Assembly: GCA_951406725.2 (NCBI GenBank)
Contig: OX597826.1
Span: forward strand, 58,962,001 to 59,026,000
Reading direction: 5' to 3'
Length of the DNA: 64,000 nt
Origin: Octopus vulgaris
Lineage: Eukaryota
In this document: in pieces, positions 26,271-41,337 of the stretch
Layout: the number at the start of each line of letters is the position of its first letter
Numbering within the stretch: the stretch's first letter is position 1
Position numbers and translations under genes: made by a program
The notes under the pieces: generated by a model
Database searches by the model: none
The model's input: the letters and a program-made list of their open reading frames with translations, nothing else
What the model was told of the DNA's origin: nothing

Positions 26271-26621
26271 GTTATAAGTCAAGTATTTAATGTTGTTTGT
26301 GATTATTTTATGTTGCCTACTATCTTGAAAATTATAATCAACTGTTGTATTGGCAATAGAAGGGGTCATATTCCCGTCTACTCAGCATATACTTACGCGG
26401 AAGAATTTCCCTGGTTTACATAAAAAAGGATTGTTAATAAGAAGGGCATCCAGCAGTAGAGACTTTGCGAAAAAAATTGTAATGTATGTATAACATGTGT
26501 CCTTTAACAAATCGCAGAATAAGGACTGACCCATAGTGTTATAAAACATACAATACATGCGAGCATGAAAAAAATTAAACACAAATTGGAGATACGGATA
26601 ATACATACAAAACCATATATA

Positions 26622-26657
<36 letters not shown>

Positions 26658-26678
26658 GTGTGTGTGTGTGTGCGTGTG

Positions 26679-26712
<34 letters not shown>

Positions 26713-27841
26713 CGCACGTGTGGTAACTATAAAGAGTCAGGATATATGAGAGGTGAATATTTTTACCTAAACATTTGTCGTCCTTAAGATTGCGTCAGTA
26801 TCGTAATCATTCTTCATTGAATAATTTAATAAATTATGCTTATAAGTCTGCAGTAATATAGTTGTTGCGTATTATACAGTGCAATTTTTTTATTTGCAGA
26901 TCAATGCAGGTAAATGTAGACCATCAGATCACCAGAACATCATAGTTATACCTATGCTTCATGTATAAGTATACCTAGAAAATTTTCTCATAAAAGATTA
27001 CTGACCTTAATTTTAATTACATTTTCTAACTACACCTCAAGATACTTCTTATCTCAATAAATTGTAGTGAAACCAAAACAATACTTTCACCTACAAGGAG
27101 GCACATTCACATAAGCATTAACCAACCAAAGAGCCCCAGCATGGCCACAGCTTGTGAGCTGAAACTAGATAAAAATTAAAAATAAAAATATTAATACAAA
27201 AATCAACACTCACAGAGCTGTACGCACTTATATCCATTAATGTACACACGCACCACACTGAGACAAACATTATTACACACACAGACATGTATATATACGT
27301 AAGCATTAACACATACTCAATGCCTATTTAAATACACAAATTGAAATAACATCCGTATATCACAATACAAATATACATCAATATGTATATATATTGTGTA
27401 TATATATTTGCGTGTGCGTGTGTACTGTCTCTTGTGTGCGTATGCTTGTGTGTTGAGTGTGTACATGTAGTTTCTGAGAAATCTATAAAAATATATGAAT
27501 AAGATGGCTTGTGTGCTCTGCCAAAAGAAGCAGTGACTGTTAATGGAAGTGATAGGTTCAAAGGAATATTGTCAGCAGGCGATTTAGAATAAAGGACTCA
27601 AAACAAGAGGAATGAAAGTCAAAATTAAAATCTATATTTGTGAGTCCAACAAAATATATTTTGTTTCGCTAAACGGTTTTTTCATGGGGTGGAGAAGTGG
27701 AGTCGCGCACATGCACACACACATACACATACACACACACATATGTATATGTATACATATACATATACATGTACATATATAGGTGTATGCATGTGCATAT
27801 ATATTATACATACATACATATATAGATATAGATATATGTAT

Positions 27842-27907
<66 letters not shown>

Positions 27908-28085
27908 AATAATGATAAGGCTGATGATGGCGATGATGATGATGACGATGATGATGATGACGATGATGACGATGATGACGATGACGATGATGACAATGAC
28001 GATGATCATGATCATGATCATGATGATGACGGCGATGACGATGATGATGATGATGATGATGATGATGAAGATGATGACTAGGCTG

Positions 28086-28129
<44 letters not shown>

Positions 28130-29541
28130 AATGACGACGCCGATAATTACTCGTACTCCGAGAAAGGCGGTGTTGAAATTTCGTACTGAACAATCTGCAC
28201 GAACGATTAGATCATAGGAAATAGCTCTGCTGTACGTTAGCTCTCTCCCTGTATCCAATCAACGTTGCTTGAACAGGTGTACAGTATGCCACACATAAGG
28301 TGTCGAAAAGACCCCAGAGCAATGTGATATGAAATGTTTTGCTGAAGGTCTCAACGCAGAACCTGGTCTACGAATTGAAACCGCTATCTTGCGATCGTGA
28401 ATGCACACTGCTACGCTAAATATTTATTCAGATACATACACAAAGATATATATGATTGCAGACACCGTGTTTAACCCGAATCTCTGAATCCATAGAAAGA
28501 AATCTTAAATTATTTATTTTAATCTTTGAAATTACAACAAATACTCAACTTCAAATGCCGGAGTTGGTAGTTCTAAGACAGCCAAAGATTTTGACTCTAT
28601 CGTTTCCATGGACTTTGAACTTTTCTTAACATCAGATATATTGTACAGATTTTATCGCAAGTATATAACATCGTCTTCTTTATTGCATTGATAGTTCTGT
28701 GTCGATTCATAATATAGACTAATGTAAGCAGATAACCTGGCAGGAAAACAATCAAGAAGTTTTAGTTTTGGAGATGTCAATGAACTTTCAACTGGTTCGC
28801 GTCTATCGATCTACTCCATTGGAAACTTTTCTTCCAATAAATTTTTCTCACAAATTTAAGAAAATTTCATGGTAGACCGTTTTGTTCATACCTCGGTTTC
28901 CGTAGTTTTGATAAACGAATGTATTGTAATTCAGAGATAAGCAAGGTAATATCATATCGATCTATGCTTCTTTTGTTACGATATCGTTAAAAACGAAAAG
29001 AAGTATAGATTAATGTTTCACTAAATAACCTTGGCAAGCCATAATTCTTTAACTCCTAGATAATAATGTAACTTTCCACATGGATCCAGAGTTTTAGAAT
29101 ACCAAATATATTTACTCTTTTTCTCTTTCCTTTTCACATTTCTAACTATTTTGCATGTTCCTGCTAATAGTCGTTCGCCATGATGAGTAACCGTCACCAA
29201 AGCCGTTGTTATATTTGATATATGGTGAAATAGCGGATTTTGATATCGTTGCCCTTATCAGTGTCTCTATTATACGGATATAGGTCTATACATCTTCGAT
29301 CTTCGATGGAAGGATTTGACTCTGATAGTTATTCAACCTCTACCCGTAGTTTAACTGCCAAACAGAAGCAATTTTCTTTGTGTAAGATCGTAGCATTAGT
29401 TTTAATTTTAATAGTGAGATATGAAATATATATTTACGTGCAAATGTGATCACATACGCGCAGGAACACAAATGCACACACACACACAACTCCCATATAA
29501 ATAAAAGCTCATAGAATCCATTCTACAAATGCACCCTCATA

Positions 29542-29579
<38 letters not shown>

Positions 29580-29824
29580 ACCCCCACAGAGACACACACA
29601 TACATACATACATACATTTATGATGTGGGGTACATTTGTAGAATTGATTCTGTGTTTATCTATATGAGTGTGTGTGTGTGTGTGAGTGTTTGTACATTCA
29701 TACATAAGAGTATTATGTATATACATACATACACACATGTGTGTGCGTGCATATATATATATATATACATACATTATAGAATATGCATCCATGCAATTAT
29801 ATACATACATACATACATACACAT

Positions 29825-29856
<32 letters not shown>

Positions 29857-30597
29857 GTGTGTATATATTTATATATGTATATATGTATACATAGAAACAT
29901 ACACACACACACACATATATATATATACATACAAATGCATACATGTATACATGCTTATATATGAAGACATTTATACATTTGCTGAGAACTAATGAGCTCA
30001 CCTTACAATCTTATCTGTGGTGATTAACTACGGCCGGCATAATAGTTATAGTGATATTAAGAGAGCACAATAACGACCACACTACCTCCGTCCACCTTCG
30101 TTTCAATCTGCCATCAACAAACCACACAAGCTTTAAAATCTTAACAAAGGACTGAATCTTATCTGGAAACCAATCTGCAGAGAACACCGAGCTATTTCCA
30201 TTGATCTCGTCGGCCATTAAGTTTTTACGAAATTCTTTAGAATGTTCGCTTAATTAGTCTCCGATTTAATATTCTCTACAAAATGCCTTCTGCTAATAAT
30301 GTTCAGATGGGTTGTATTTGCTGTAATAATACTTTTATTGCTATTATTATGAAAGTCTATTGAGGGCTGAGATAAAATTCCCGATTAGATAACTGTAAGT
30401 AGTGAGTTCAAATCCGACGGGTTTCATCTTCACTCCAATCAGTCACCTTTTTGTAAGATAAAATACCAGAAAAAATACCAGGTTCTTTATAAGATGGAAT
30501 AGTTCAAGACGATGCCTGGTGTTGATCAATTTTAGAATCGATGTAATTTTATACAGATTTACAAAAGACCAATTTTAGAAATCTATATATAATATTT

Positions 30598-30848
<251 letters not shown>

Positions 30849-31022
30849 TGTTATTTTCGTATTTGAAATGATTGGTATAGCAAGCAATTATTTTGATATG
30901 GAGAATATTTATTTGAAATATATCTTTTTGGGCCCCACAAAAAAGTATGAATTGTTCTACTTGAACATATTTCTCTCTCTCTCTCTCTCTCTCATACACA
31001 CACACACACACACAAATATATA

Positions 31023-31198
31023 TATCAGGTGGTGCTATTAAGTTAGACATGGCCTGGACCAATCATTGGTCGAAACACATCTAAGTTTATTTAAGTTTAT
31101 ATATATATATATATATATATATAAACTTAAATAAACTTAGATGTGTTTCGACCAATGATTGGTCCAGGCCATGTCTAACTTAATAGCACCACCTGATA
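31023..31198. repeat. Perfect 176-bp palindrome centred on (TA)n
   Basis: tatcaggtggtgctattaag...aagttt(AT)n aaactt...cttaatagcaccacctgata. The identical ORF start MVQAMSNLIAPPD appears on both strands. Confidence 0.95.
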
Positions 31199-31775
31199 GG
31201 ATTATTGAATCCTGTTTAAGTCAAGTTTTGCTTATGGTCCATTCAAGTAGTGAGTTTTTGTTGGGTGAGTTGTATCCAATTATTGGTGGCTTTATAGGAA
31301 AAATTGTTTTGGGGGTTGAAGTTACACCTAAACCTCAAAACGTGTAGTCGTTTTAAAATTTTGTAATAGATTTATACCAATACCAAACTGCTTTCCACAA
31401 TTTTTTGTTCATAAAGAGTAAAAATATAAATATAAAATTAATTAATCAAGGAAAAACGTTTAGAAAAGTTTAAAGTTAGAAGGGAAAATTTAAACAAACA
31501 AATGGCCATCGATATTCCAATGATTTTCACAGAGACAGACTGTAATATAAGTTTAAGTGTTTATTGTAGTTTATAGCAGTTATACGAGGAGGGTGCTGTG
31601 AAGTTCCTGACTTTGGGTAAAAGAAAATAAGGGTGGATCAATTAATTATGATCGAGGAAGATCACAATCGCCGGCATTGAGGGAAAACAAGCAATAAAGA
31701 GAATACGAAAGAGCACATGAGAGGCATTACTTACCTCAAGTAGCCTCACCTACAGCTGATGTATGTGTATACATA

Positions 31776-31779
<4 letters not shown>

Positions 31780-31863
<84 letters not shown>

Positions 31864-31965
31864 TATATATAGTATATATATATAATATATATATATAATA
31901 TATATATATATATATAATATATATATAGTATATATATATAATATATATATATAATATATATATAG

Positions 31966-31996
<31 letters not shown>

Positions 31997-32102
31997 TATA
32001 TATAATATATATATAATATATATATATAATATATATATAATATATAATATATATATATATAATATATATAATATATATATATATATAATATATATAAATA
32101 AT

Positions 32103-32147
<45 letters not shown>

Positions 32148-32164
32148 TAATATATATATATATA

Positions 32165-32205
<41 letters not shown>
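31780..32205. repeat. Long interrupted (TA)n tract of about 420 bp
   Basis: TA repeats with frequent single-A/G interruptions. Confidence 0.9.
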
Positions 32206-32210
32206 TTTCT

Positions 32211-33184
32211 GATATACGGTGAAGAATTTATTAATTCAATAATTAATAAATTTTACCAAGTAGTTTCGGTATGGAAAAAAAAAACATTATCGGTAAAAAC
32301 TTATACATAAAGATTTTTTTTTATATAATTATAAATATAATTAAGGGTTTAGCAAGCAAGTTGCTTCACCACATACCGAAAATTCAAAAATAGCGGCCAA
32401 AAGACAGCTAATTCTTTTAACAACAAATATGACTCCACAGACAACTATATTTGTAACTCACACAGGCAAAAAGAAAATAAAATAACGAAATCAAACAGTC
32501 TACGATTAATTATGGAGGCGTTTCTTGATTACAAATTTATTTCCTTCATCGGCATAATATTTCGAGAATTATAAATTTTAAAATGCTAGAAACCTACCCT
32601 TGGCATCTTCGACCAAGCACCATCGAAACATAACACAAGGTAGTCAGCACTTCCAAACTTATATATATTTCTTTACTACCCACAAGGGGCTAAACACAGA
32701 GGAGACAAACAAGGACAGACAAACGGATTAAGTCGATTACATTGACCCCAGTGCGTAACTGGCACTTAATTTATCGACCCCGGAAGGATGAAAGGCAAAG
32801 TCGACCTCGGCGGAATTTGAACTCGGAACGTAACGGCAGACGAAATACGGCAACGTATTTCGCCCGGCGTGCTAACGTTTCTGCTAGCTCGCACTTCCAA
32901 ACTTATATAGACGAGTGATTTCATATCTTCCCTCCAAGATTACCATGTGCGTCACAAGATAGTACCGCAGAAAAAACTACAGTTTGCCATCTGGGAGGGA
33001 AATAATCATTACAGATATAGGGTAAAGAATTATTAATTTGATAATTTATAAATTTTACCAAGTAGTTTCAGTATGGAAAAAAACCATTATCAGTAAAAAC
33101 TTGTACAAAAAAGTTTTTTATATAATCATAAATATAATTTAGGGTTTTTCGGTATGTGGTGAAGCAACCTCTTGCTAAACCCTT
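32211..33184. mobile_element. Non-coding PLE-like element with direct pseudo-LTR repeats and an inverted terminal segment
   Basis: 32211-32350 is directly repeated at 33014-33146, and 32343-32382 reappears inverted at 33146-33184. Degenerate hammerhead-like motif on the minus strand (ctgataa..tgg/cca..gaaac..gta) at about 33053-33098. Confidence 0.6.
32666..32890 (-). mobile_element. SINE family B, full length, with about 19-bp TSD
   Basis: TSD gcacttccaaacttatata at 32647-32665 and 32891-32909. Head gagctagcagaaacgttag...gagttcaaattcc. Confidence 0.93.
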
Positions 33185-33833
33185 GTTTACCGTGGCTAAG
33201 CCATTCCTTACGCTGCTTCATATTGATGTACAGGCACCAGTTTTCGTTGCCAGTAACACTTCGGTAAAGAAATCTTTGCTTGTGACCATGAGTTGAGCGG
33301 TGACGAGCAAGCAAACGAGCGGAGATTGTGACTCGTTGATTTTTGTTGTTGTCACTTAAAGCATGCGGAACCCATGCTCCATACTTCTGAACCTTTCCCA
33401 TCGCATTCTATTTTCTTTGCCAGTTCCCTTGTAGTTTGACAAGATTTTTCGTGCAAAAGTTGGTTTAATCGCTCTTCATCGAACTCAACTGGACGGCCAG
33501 AACGAGGTGCGTCTTTGAGGTCAAAATTTCCATTTATGAACTTGGCATATCAATCACGAGCGGTTCTTTCATACACAGCACAAATGCCGCGAGCAGCTTT
33601 TGCGGCCTTACAACCTTGATTAAAAGCAAAAAGAAGGAGGTGTCGAAAATGCTCGTTTTTCTTAACTTTACATTCTATTTTAATGATCTGAAAATAAACA
33701 AAAATTAACTAAAATTGACTAGAAAAAAAAAAACACAAAGCAAAATAGATTCCAAAATGATTCAAAAATAGAATGCTCGAAAAAAATAGATTCCAAAATT
33801 TAAAAGACGGCGTGAACTTAGTTGCCAACCCAA
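33185..33833 (-). mobile_element. 5' half of a mariner transposon (TIR plus N-terminal transposase)
   Basis: TA + ttgggttggcaactaagttc TIR at the right end. ORF has MGKVQKYGAWVPHAL (WVPHEL motif) and SVTGNENWCLY (TGDEKW-like). Confidence 0.9.
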
Positions 33834-33996
33834 TAGTTTAGTTTCGATATAAGCCTAGGGTGCTTTGATCGTCTATATTTCGAACTGCTTTCAAATTTAG
33901 AATTTTATTCAACAATAACTACCATATTTCATAAATTGTAAAAAAGTGTATATCTAAAATGAAATTGCTTACAAAGATTATTAAATTGCTTGTAAA

Positions 33997-34066
33997 AATT
34001 ATTCTCTTGGTTGCAAAGATTATTCTCTTGGTTGCAAAGATTATTCTCTTGGTTGCAAAGATTATT
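33997..34066. repeat. 21-bp tandem repeat (aaagattattctcttggttgc), about 3 copies
   Basis: Direct inspection. Confidence 0.85.
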
Positions 34067-35099
34067 AAGTAGGTAGAAAATTCCTATAACAAGAAAAGTA
34101 TTGACAGTGACTTCGAGGTTTTGGCCAGCTAATCCGTCATCGGACTTTGGTCATTTGTGTTAATCTTGGCATTATATAGTCTGTGAAATTTTGATTTTCT
34201 TGTGTAAGGTGAGTTATTTATAGTTCTCATTAGGATGTTTGGTAGGTTGTGTCGGAGAGGTGTTATGGAGAATTGTTATTGATTAAATTTGGGGTTGTTA
34301 TTGCTAAGAAATTATTCATGCAATGCACGTAGAACTTTGTACCCAAGTGTATCTATTTAGGCATGTCATCTTCAGGTCATAGGGGTTCGTAAACGAATGT
34401 AGTTAGATTGAAGGTGTATATTGATCATCAGATATGTCAATGGGTTTAATTGTTGTTGGTTTTATTAGGATACTAATGTGATATTTAATATCTGGTTTTG
34501 AGTGTGTGAAGATTAAAATTCAGCATTCACTCCTGTATTTAAACCTTTGAAATTAGGTGTGTTCATTTAGGTGTGCCGAGTTTCAGGTAATGGAGTTTTT
34601 CAGGGTTCAAAAGTCAAAAGAATGTAGGCAGGTGGTAAGATTTAATTGGTTAGCTAGCTTCTTACTTTTTGTTAGTGTTATTTAGGTTTTTCACCGATTT
34701 GTATTGGGCAGGTGGAAGTTATTAATTCAGCATATCATGGTGTTATTAATATGGAAAATCTGTTAATTTCATGTTTTAATTTTCACATGAGGATGTATGT
34801 AAGTTTTAAAGATGTTAGTAATCATATTTGTGACTAGCGATCACTGTTCTAGAAGTTATTCGATTGCTTCTTCATTGTTCGGGATTTTAAAATTTCGAGT
34901 TTATTTTTGGTATGAAATATGTCTTTATGATGCCCTTCCTAACTCTTTAGATATTGCGTTATATTTAAATTCCGAGAAACATTGAAATAATTTCTTACTA
35001 TTGTGTATTTTGTGCCTAAGCTTGTGACTTCGTCCTTGTAATTTTTTCACAGCTGTACTATTATTTAAAACCAACTGTTATTGAGCTTTACCTCTTTAC

Positions 35100-35880
35100 T
35101 CCACATGATGAAATCATTATTAAGAAGGAGAGCAAATGTCTTTCTGATTATGGTGGTATCGAGTCCTCAATCTCTCCATGGTGACCACACGTGATAATAG
35201 TGGTAAGAAACAATGAGAAACAATGCTTTGTTATCACCTACTCACATACAATAAATTGCTACAACTTGCTAGATGTGAATCCATTTCCTAATATTGCCGA
35301 TCTCGTGCCTTCTATTTCCTGCAATAAATTCTATAGTAAATTGAATCTGAAAGCAGCATAGCATCAGATTCCGCTACACAATGACAATAAGCGACACAAC
35401 GCGCTTCGAGTTGATGATCGCTTATTCCAGTTTATAAGGTTAACCTTGGGCGTGTCTAATGCCGCAGGAGCTTTTCAATGTGTGATGGATGGTGTAATTC
35501 ACGACAAGGATATCAAAGGAGTTCACGCCTATCTCAACGATGTTATTGTTGTCAGCAAAACTATTGAAAAGCACGAAAGGAACTTGGCTCAATTAATTTC
35601 AGGTACCAAAAGGTTCAAAATTATAATTGAACAATAACAAATGTCTTAACCACCAAACATCCATTTTGCTATCTTGGATACAAAATGGAAAATAATTCAC
35701 TGCACCTTGATCCAGAAATATTAAAAACCGTTCGTTTATTACCAAACACCATAGCAATACTTAACAACTGCAATATCTATGAGGTTTACGTTACCACTCT
35801 AAAATGCATGTTTTCGTTCTTGGAACTAATTCAACCAGTTTTAAATCCTACATATCTTTTACAAGAGGTCGCCTAGAATA
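35100..35880 (+). mobile_element. Ty3/Gypsy reverse transcriptase fragment, pseudogenised
   Basis: One frame reads IESSISPW*PHVIIV...TYSHTIN...LDVNPFPNIADL...FYSKLNLKAA*HQIPL...LFQFIRLTLGVSNAAGAFQCVMD...AYLNDVIV...HERNL, collinear with Gypsy RT motifs (DL..AYHQI, PFG..NA, YLDD). Confidence 0.9.
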
Positions 35881-37135
35881 TATCCATCGGATCAAACTTT
35901 CTATAGATAAGGCTTCTCTCTCCCAATCCCTCTCCATTCTGTCTTTATCTTTCTACCCATCTTTCATATCATCTAAATTCCTCTACATGCCAAAAGTGAA
36001 ACTTCCAGAACCACAATTTTCACAGTTTTCTTCGGAGTTATTTCTCTCTTCGAACAGAATTTCGCATCGATTAAAATAGAAGCACGAGCTATCATAGAAA
36101 TTTCTTGGAAATGAAAAACTTGTATACTTCGATGCTATTTTATAGAGCACACTGAGTGTAATATAAACTCCATTCATACTTAGTAACAAAAGTAGAAGAA
36201 AATTAATTTTTTATCATAGAAACTTCCTAGAGGCATTCGATTTCATCTCCTTTTCGGGACGGAAATATTCAACGACAAATGTGATCTTTATCCTCTACAA
36301 CATAACACCGTTGTGTATAACTATAAACGCATTGAAAGCTTGCATACAGTCAAACAGCAGCATATATTCGTCCATACGTATAGAATTTAGATTAAACAAA
36401 TTCCTTCTTGCGTCTACTTTGCAGTCAGCTACTGAACAAATCACCATATATCTACAACAACACTTCCGACTCATTACTATATAAAATACCATTACGGCAA
36501 AATTCACAAATCTCAATAATAATCAGTCGTAAGTGTGCGTGCATGTTTATGTGCGTTTGTGTGTGTTTGTATACAAGTGTTTTAAAAGCATTAACATGAG
36601 TCAGTGTATGACTCTAACACGGTTATTGAACTGTTTTTATAACCAACTGTTACGGTAGCTTAATATAAGACTATCTGGCTGAAAACGACATGAGGACATA
36701 TTATTTTCTGGTGAGACGTAGCTGATATAAAAATAGCCACAAACCAAACCCAAGAGAAACACACATTTTCCTGTCCAGTTGTCCTTAGGTTAGCACTGTA
36801 TCTTCATATTTATTGCATTCAGTAAAATCTTACATAAGACCCTTCCTCAGTCGCTTCTTCTGCATGTATTTTATGCTTACTTTTATTTTTACGCGTTTAA
36901 AACATTCCTTCACTGATGTTTATCACATGCAATCTCTACTTTTATCGAGCGCAATTCCGCTCTTTTATCACATGCTATATTTGGTTTTACATGACACACA
37001 CACACACACACACACACAGACGCACACACACATACACACACACACTGAATACATACACATACACACGCACATACACGTATGTGTAAATATATTGATGTAT
37101 ATATATATGTATATATACACACACATATATACATG

Positions 37136-37183
<48 letters not shown>

Positions 37184-37236
37184 TATATACATTTATATAT
37201 ATATATATATACACACATATATATATATAAGTGCAT

Positions 37237-37294
<58 letters not shown>

Positions 37295-37320
37295 GCAAGC
37301 ACACACATGCACACACACAC

Positions 37321-37357
<37 letters not shown>

Positions 37358-37440
37358 CATGTGAATATATAGATATATGTATATATGCATGTGTATGCCA
37401 ATGTATATATGTATACATGTATGCATATATGTGTTTATGC

Positions 37441-37498
<58 letters not shown>

Positions 37499-37810
37499 TT
37501 CTCGGTTATCTCATGCAATGCTTGTATAGCTATTATGACCAGTTATTTCCTTCATAGCTCCTTGCTTATTGTTCTTCCTCATACCCAGCCTCTCATGCAA
37601 TATAGCTCTATTCGTGAAATGAACTCTTGTCTTATATCGGGAGATGCATGTTTTTTTTTGTTTTAAACTTGGCACGCGTTATTTTATCTTCGCTTTCTTT
37701 TATAGCATTTATCACTGGTCTTTTAGCAGATATACATGTGCGTGCGTGCATATTACATACACACATACGTATATATATATAGCATATATGTGTGTGTGTA
37801 TCTTTATGCG

Positions 37811-37841
<31 letters not shown>

Positions 37842-37969
37842 AATCCATATGTATAACATACATTATACACATACACACATACACACACACATATATATGA
37901 TACAACTGTAAATTAATGATATTCTTCTGCCTATCTACATACTGCTATATATATCTACCCATTTTGTAA

Positions 37970-38004
37970 ATATTACCCTCATACATCTCTGTGTGCGTAT
38001 GTGC

Positions 38005-38046
<42 letters not shown>

Positions 38047-38074
38047 TACGCACACAGAGTCGTATGAGGGTAAT

Positions 38075-38076
<2 letters not shown>
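37970..38076. repeat. (TA)n-centred palindrome with about 36-bp arms
   Basis: atattaccctcatac..ctctgtgtgcgtatgtgca / tgcacatacgcacacagag..gtatgagggtaatat. Confidence 0.9.
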
Positions 38077-38125
<49 letters not shown>

Positions 38126-38339
38126 ATATATATATGTACTTATATATATATATGTGCGCGTGCGTGTGTGTGTGTGAGTTCGTGTGTGTGTAAGTTTATG
38201 TAGATGTTCATATGTGCCTACATGTGACAGGATGTGAATTTGTTTTTAATTGTTTCAGAGCCATGTCATCGTGCATGTCTCTAGCCACAAGTTTCTATGC
38301 AGACTCTATGTCTTGGGTATACAGCAGTACAGTATGAGA

Positions 38340-39900
<1,561 letters not shown>

Positions 39901-39955
39901 GCTGTTGTTGTTAAGCAACAAGACGGGTAAGGGTGATTAGTTGATGGTCTAGGGC

Positions 39956-40129
39956 TTAGGGGCGGGAGACCCCTGACCTTGGAAAAGAAACAAACTTTGG
40001 TCGTCTTGTTGTAGTCAAGGGCTCTTCTTTGACGCCCGACACCACTGGGAGGTGGCTCTCGAAGTCGCTGGAAATGGAGATCTCCAGGTCCAAATTCTCG
40101 AACGGCTGCTGCTGCTGCTGTTGCTGCTG
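39956..40129 (-). other. Possible coding exon or exon remnant (poly-Q followed by an acidic segment and VKEEP)
   Basis: Stop-bounded 58-codon frame, not in the ORF track (no start codon): QQQQQQQQPFENLDLEISISSDFESHLPVVSGVKEEPLTTTRRPKFVSFPRSGVSRP*. Locally GC/CpG-rich. Splice sites are not convincing. Confidence 0.3.
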
Positions 40130-40240
40130 TTATACTGCTGCTGATTGTAAACACACTAACAGCGGCGACGGAGGACAACCACACACACACACACACACAC
40201 ACACACGACGCGCTCGCGCGCACACACATCTATACATATA

Positions 40241-40400
40241 GGACGGGCTTCTTTCAGTTTCCGTCTAACAAATCCACTCACAAGGCTTTAGTCATCCCAA
40301 GGCTATAGTAGAAGACACTGGCTGAAAGTCCACGCAGTGGGGACTGAACCCCGAACCATGTGGTTGGGAAGAAAGCTTGCCACACAGCCACGCCTATGCC
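40241..40400 (-). mobile_element. SINE family A, 5' half
   Basis: gacgggcttctttcagtttccgtc...gggactgaaccc...ccacacagccacgcc. Confidence 0.85.
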
Positions 40401-40498
40401 TTTAAATATGTAGGCATACCTCAACTTACGTCGGTAATTATTTCCAAGTTATTCGACTTCATTCGAAAAACCACTTAACACAACAAACCATTTAAAAA

Positions 40499-40857
40499 AT
40501 GGTTAGCTTGCTAACCAACCACATGGATCCGGGTTCAGTCCCACTGCGTGGCATCTTGGGCAAGTGTCTTCTACTATGGCCCCGGGCCGACCAAAGCCTT
40601 GTGAGTGGATTTGGTAGACAGAAACTGAAGGAAGCCTGTCGTATTTATGTATGTGTGTGTATGTGTTTGTGTGTCTGTGTTTGTCTCCCTAGCATTGCTG
40701 GTGTGTTTACGTCCCCGTCAATTAGTGGTTCGGGAAAAAGAGACCGATAGAATAAGTACTGGGCTTACAAAAAATAAGTCCCGAGGTCGATTTACTCGAC
40801 TAAAGGCGGTGCTCCAGCATGGCCGCAGTCAAATGACTGAAATAAGTAAAAGAGTAA
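40499..40857 (+). mobile_element. SINE family A
   Basis: gggttcagtcccactgcgtggc...ggccgcagtcaaatgactgaaataagtaaaagagta. Confidence 0.9.
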
Positions 40858-40894
40858 TTATTGGCTCATATTTGTGTTATCAAATGTAATTTTG

Positions 40895-41116
40895 CTTTTA
40901 TTCTTTTATTTGTTTCTGTTATTTGACTGCGGCCATGCTGGAGTAACGCCTTTAGTCGGTCAAATCGACCCCACCACTTATTCTTTGTAAGCCTAGTACT
41001 TATTCTATCGATCTTTTGCCGAACCACTGAGTTATGGAGACGTAAACGCATCACCAACGGATGTCAAGCGATGGTGGTGGAGACAAACAGACATACAAGC
41101 ATATATATATATATGC

Positions 41117-41163
<47 letters not shown>

Positions 41164-41337
41164 TATATATATATATACACACACGACGGGCTTCTTTCAC
41201 TTTCCGTCTACCAAATCCAGTCACAAGGTTTTGGTCGGGCCGTGGCTATATCAAAAGACGCTTGCCCCAGGTGCCACGCAGTGGGACTGAACCCGGAAAT
41301 AAGTGGCTGGTAAGCAAGCTACTTACCACACAGCCAC
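40895..41337 (-). mobile_element. SINE family A
   Basis: Reverse complement of the preceding copy over its full length. Confidence 0.9.

Noticed and set aside
28600-29400. Possible minus-strand PLE remnant (VYHEIF..EKFIG); similar weak signal at 34150-35000
   Set aside because: Motifs are too degenerate to call by eye; a profile search is needed.
30011-30217. 68-aa minus-strand ORF with a nearby AG|GTGAG donor-like site at about 30000
   Set aside because: No recognisable homology, and the stop precedes the donor. It could be a non-coding exon but this is unsupported.
36295-36456. MVICSVADCK resembling a THAP-domain start
   Set aside because: The downstream THAP residues (FP, W, C..HF) are not found and stops follow.
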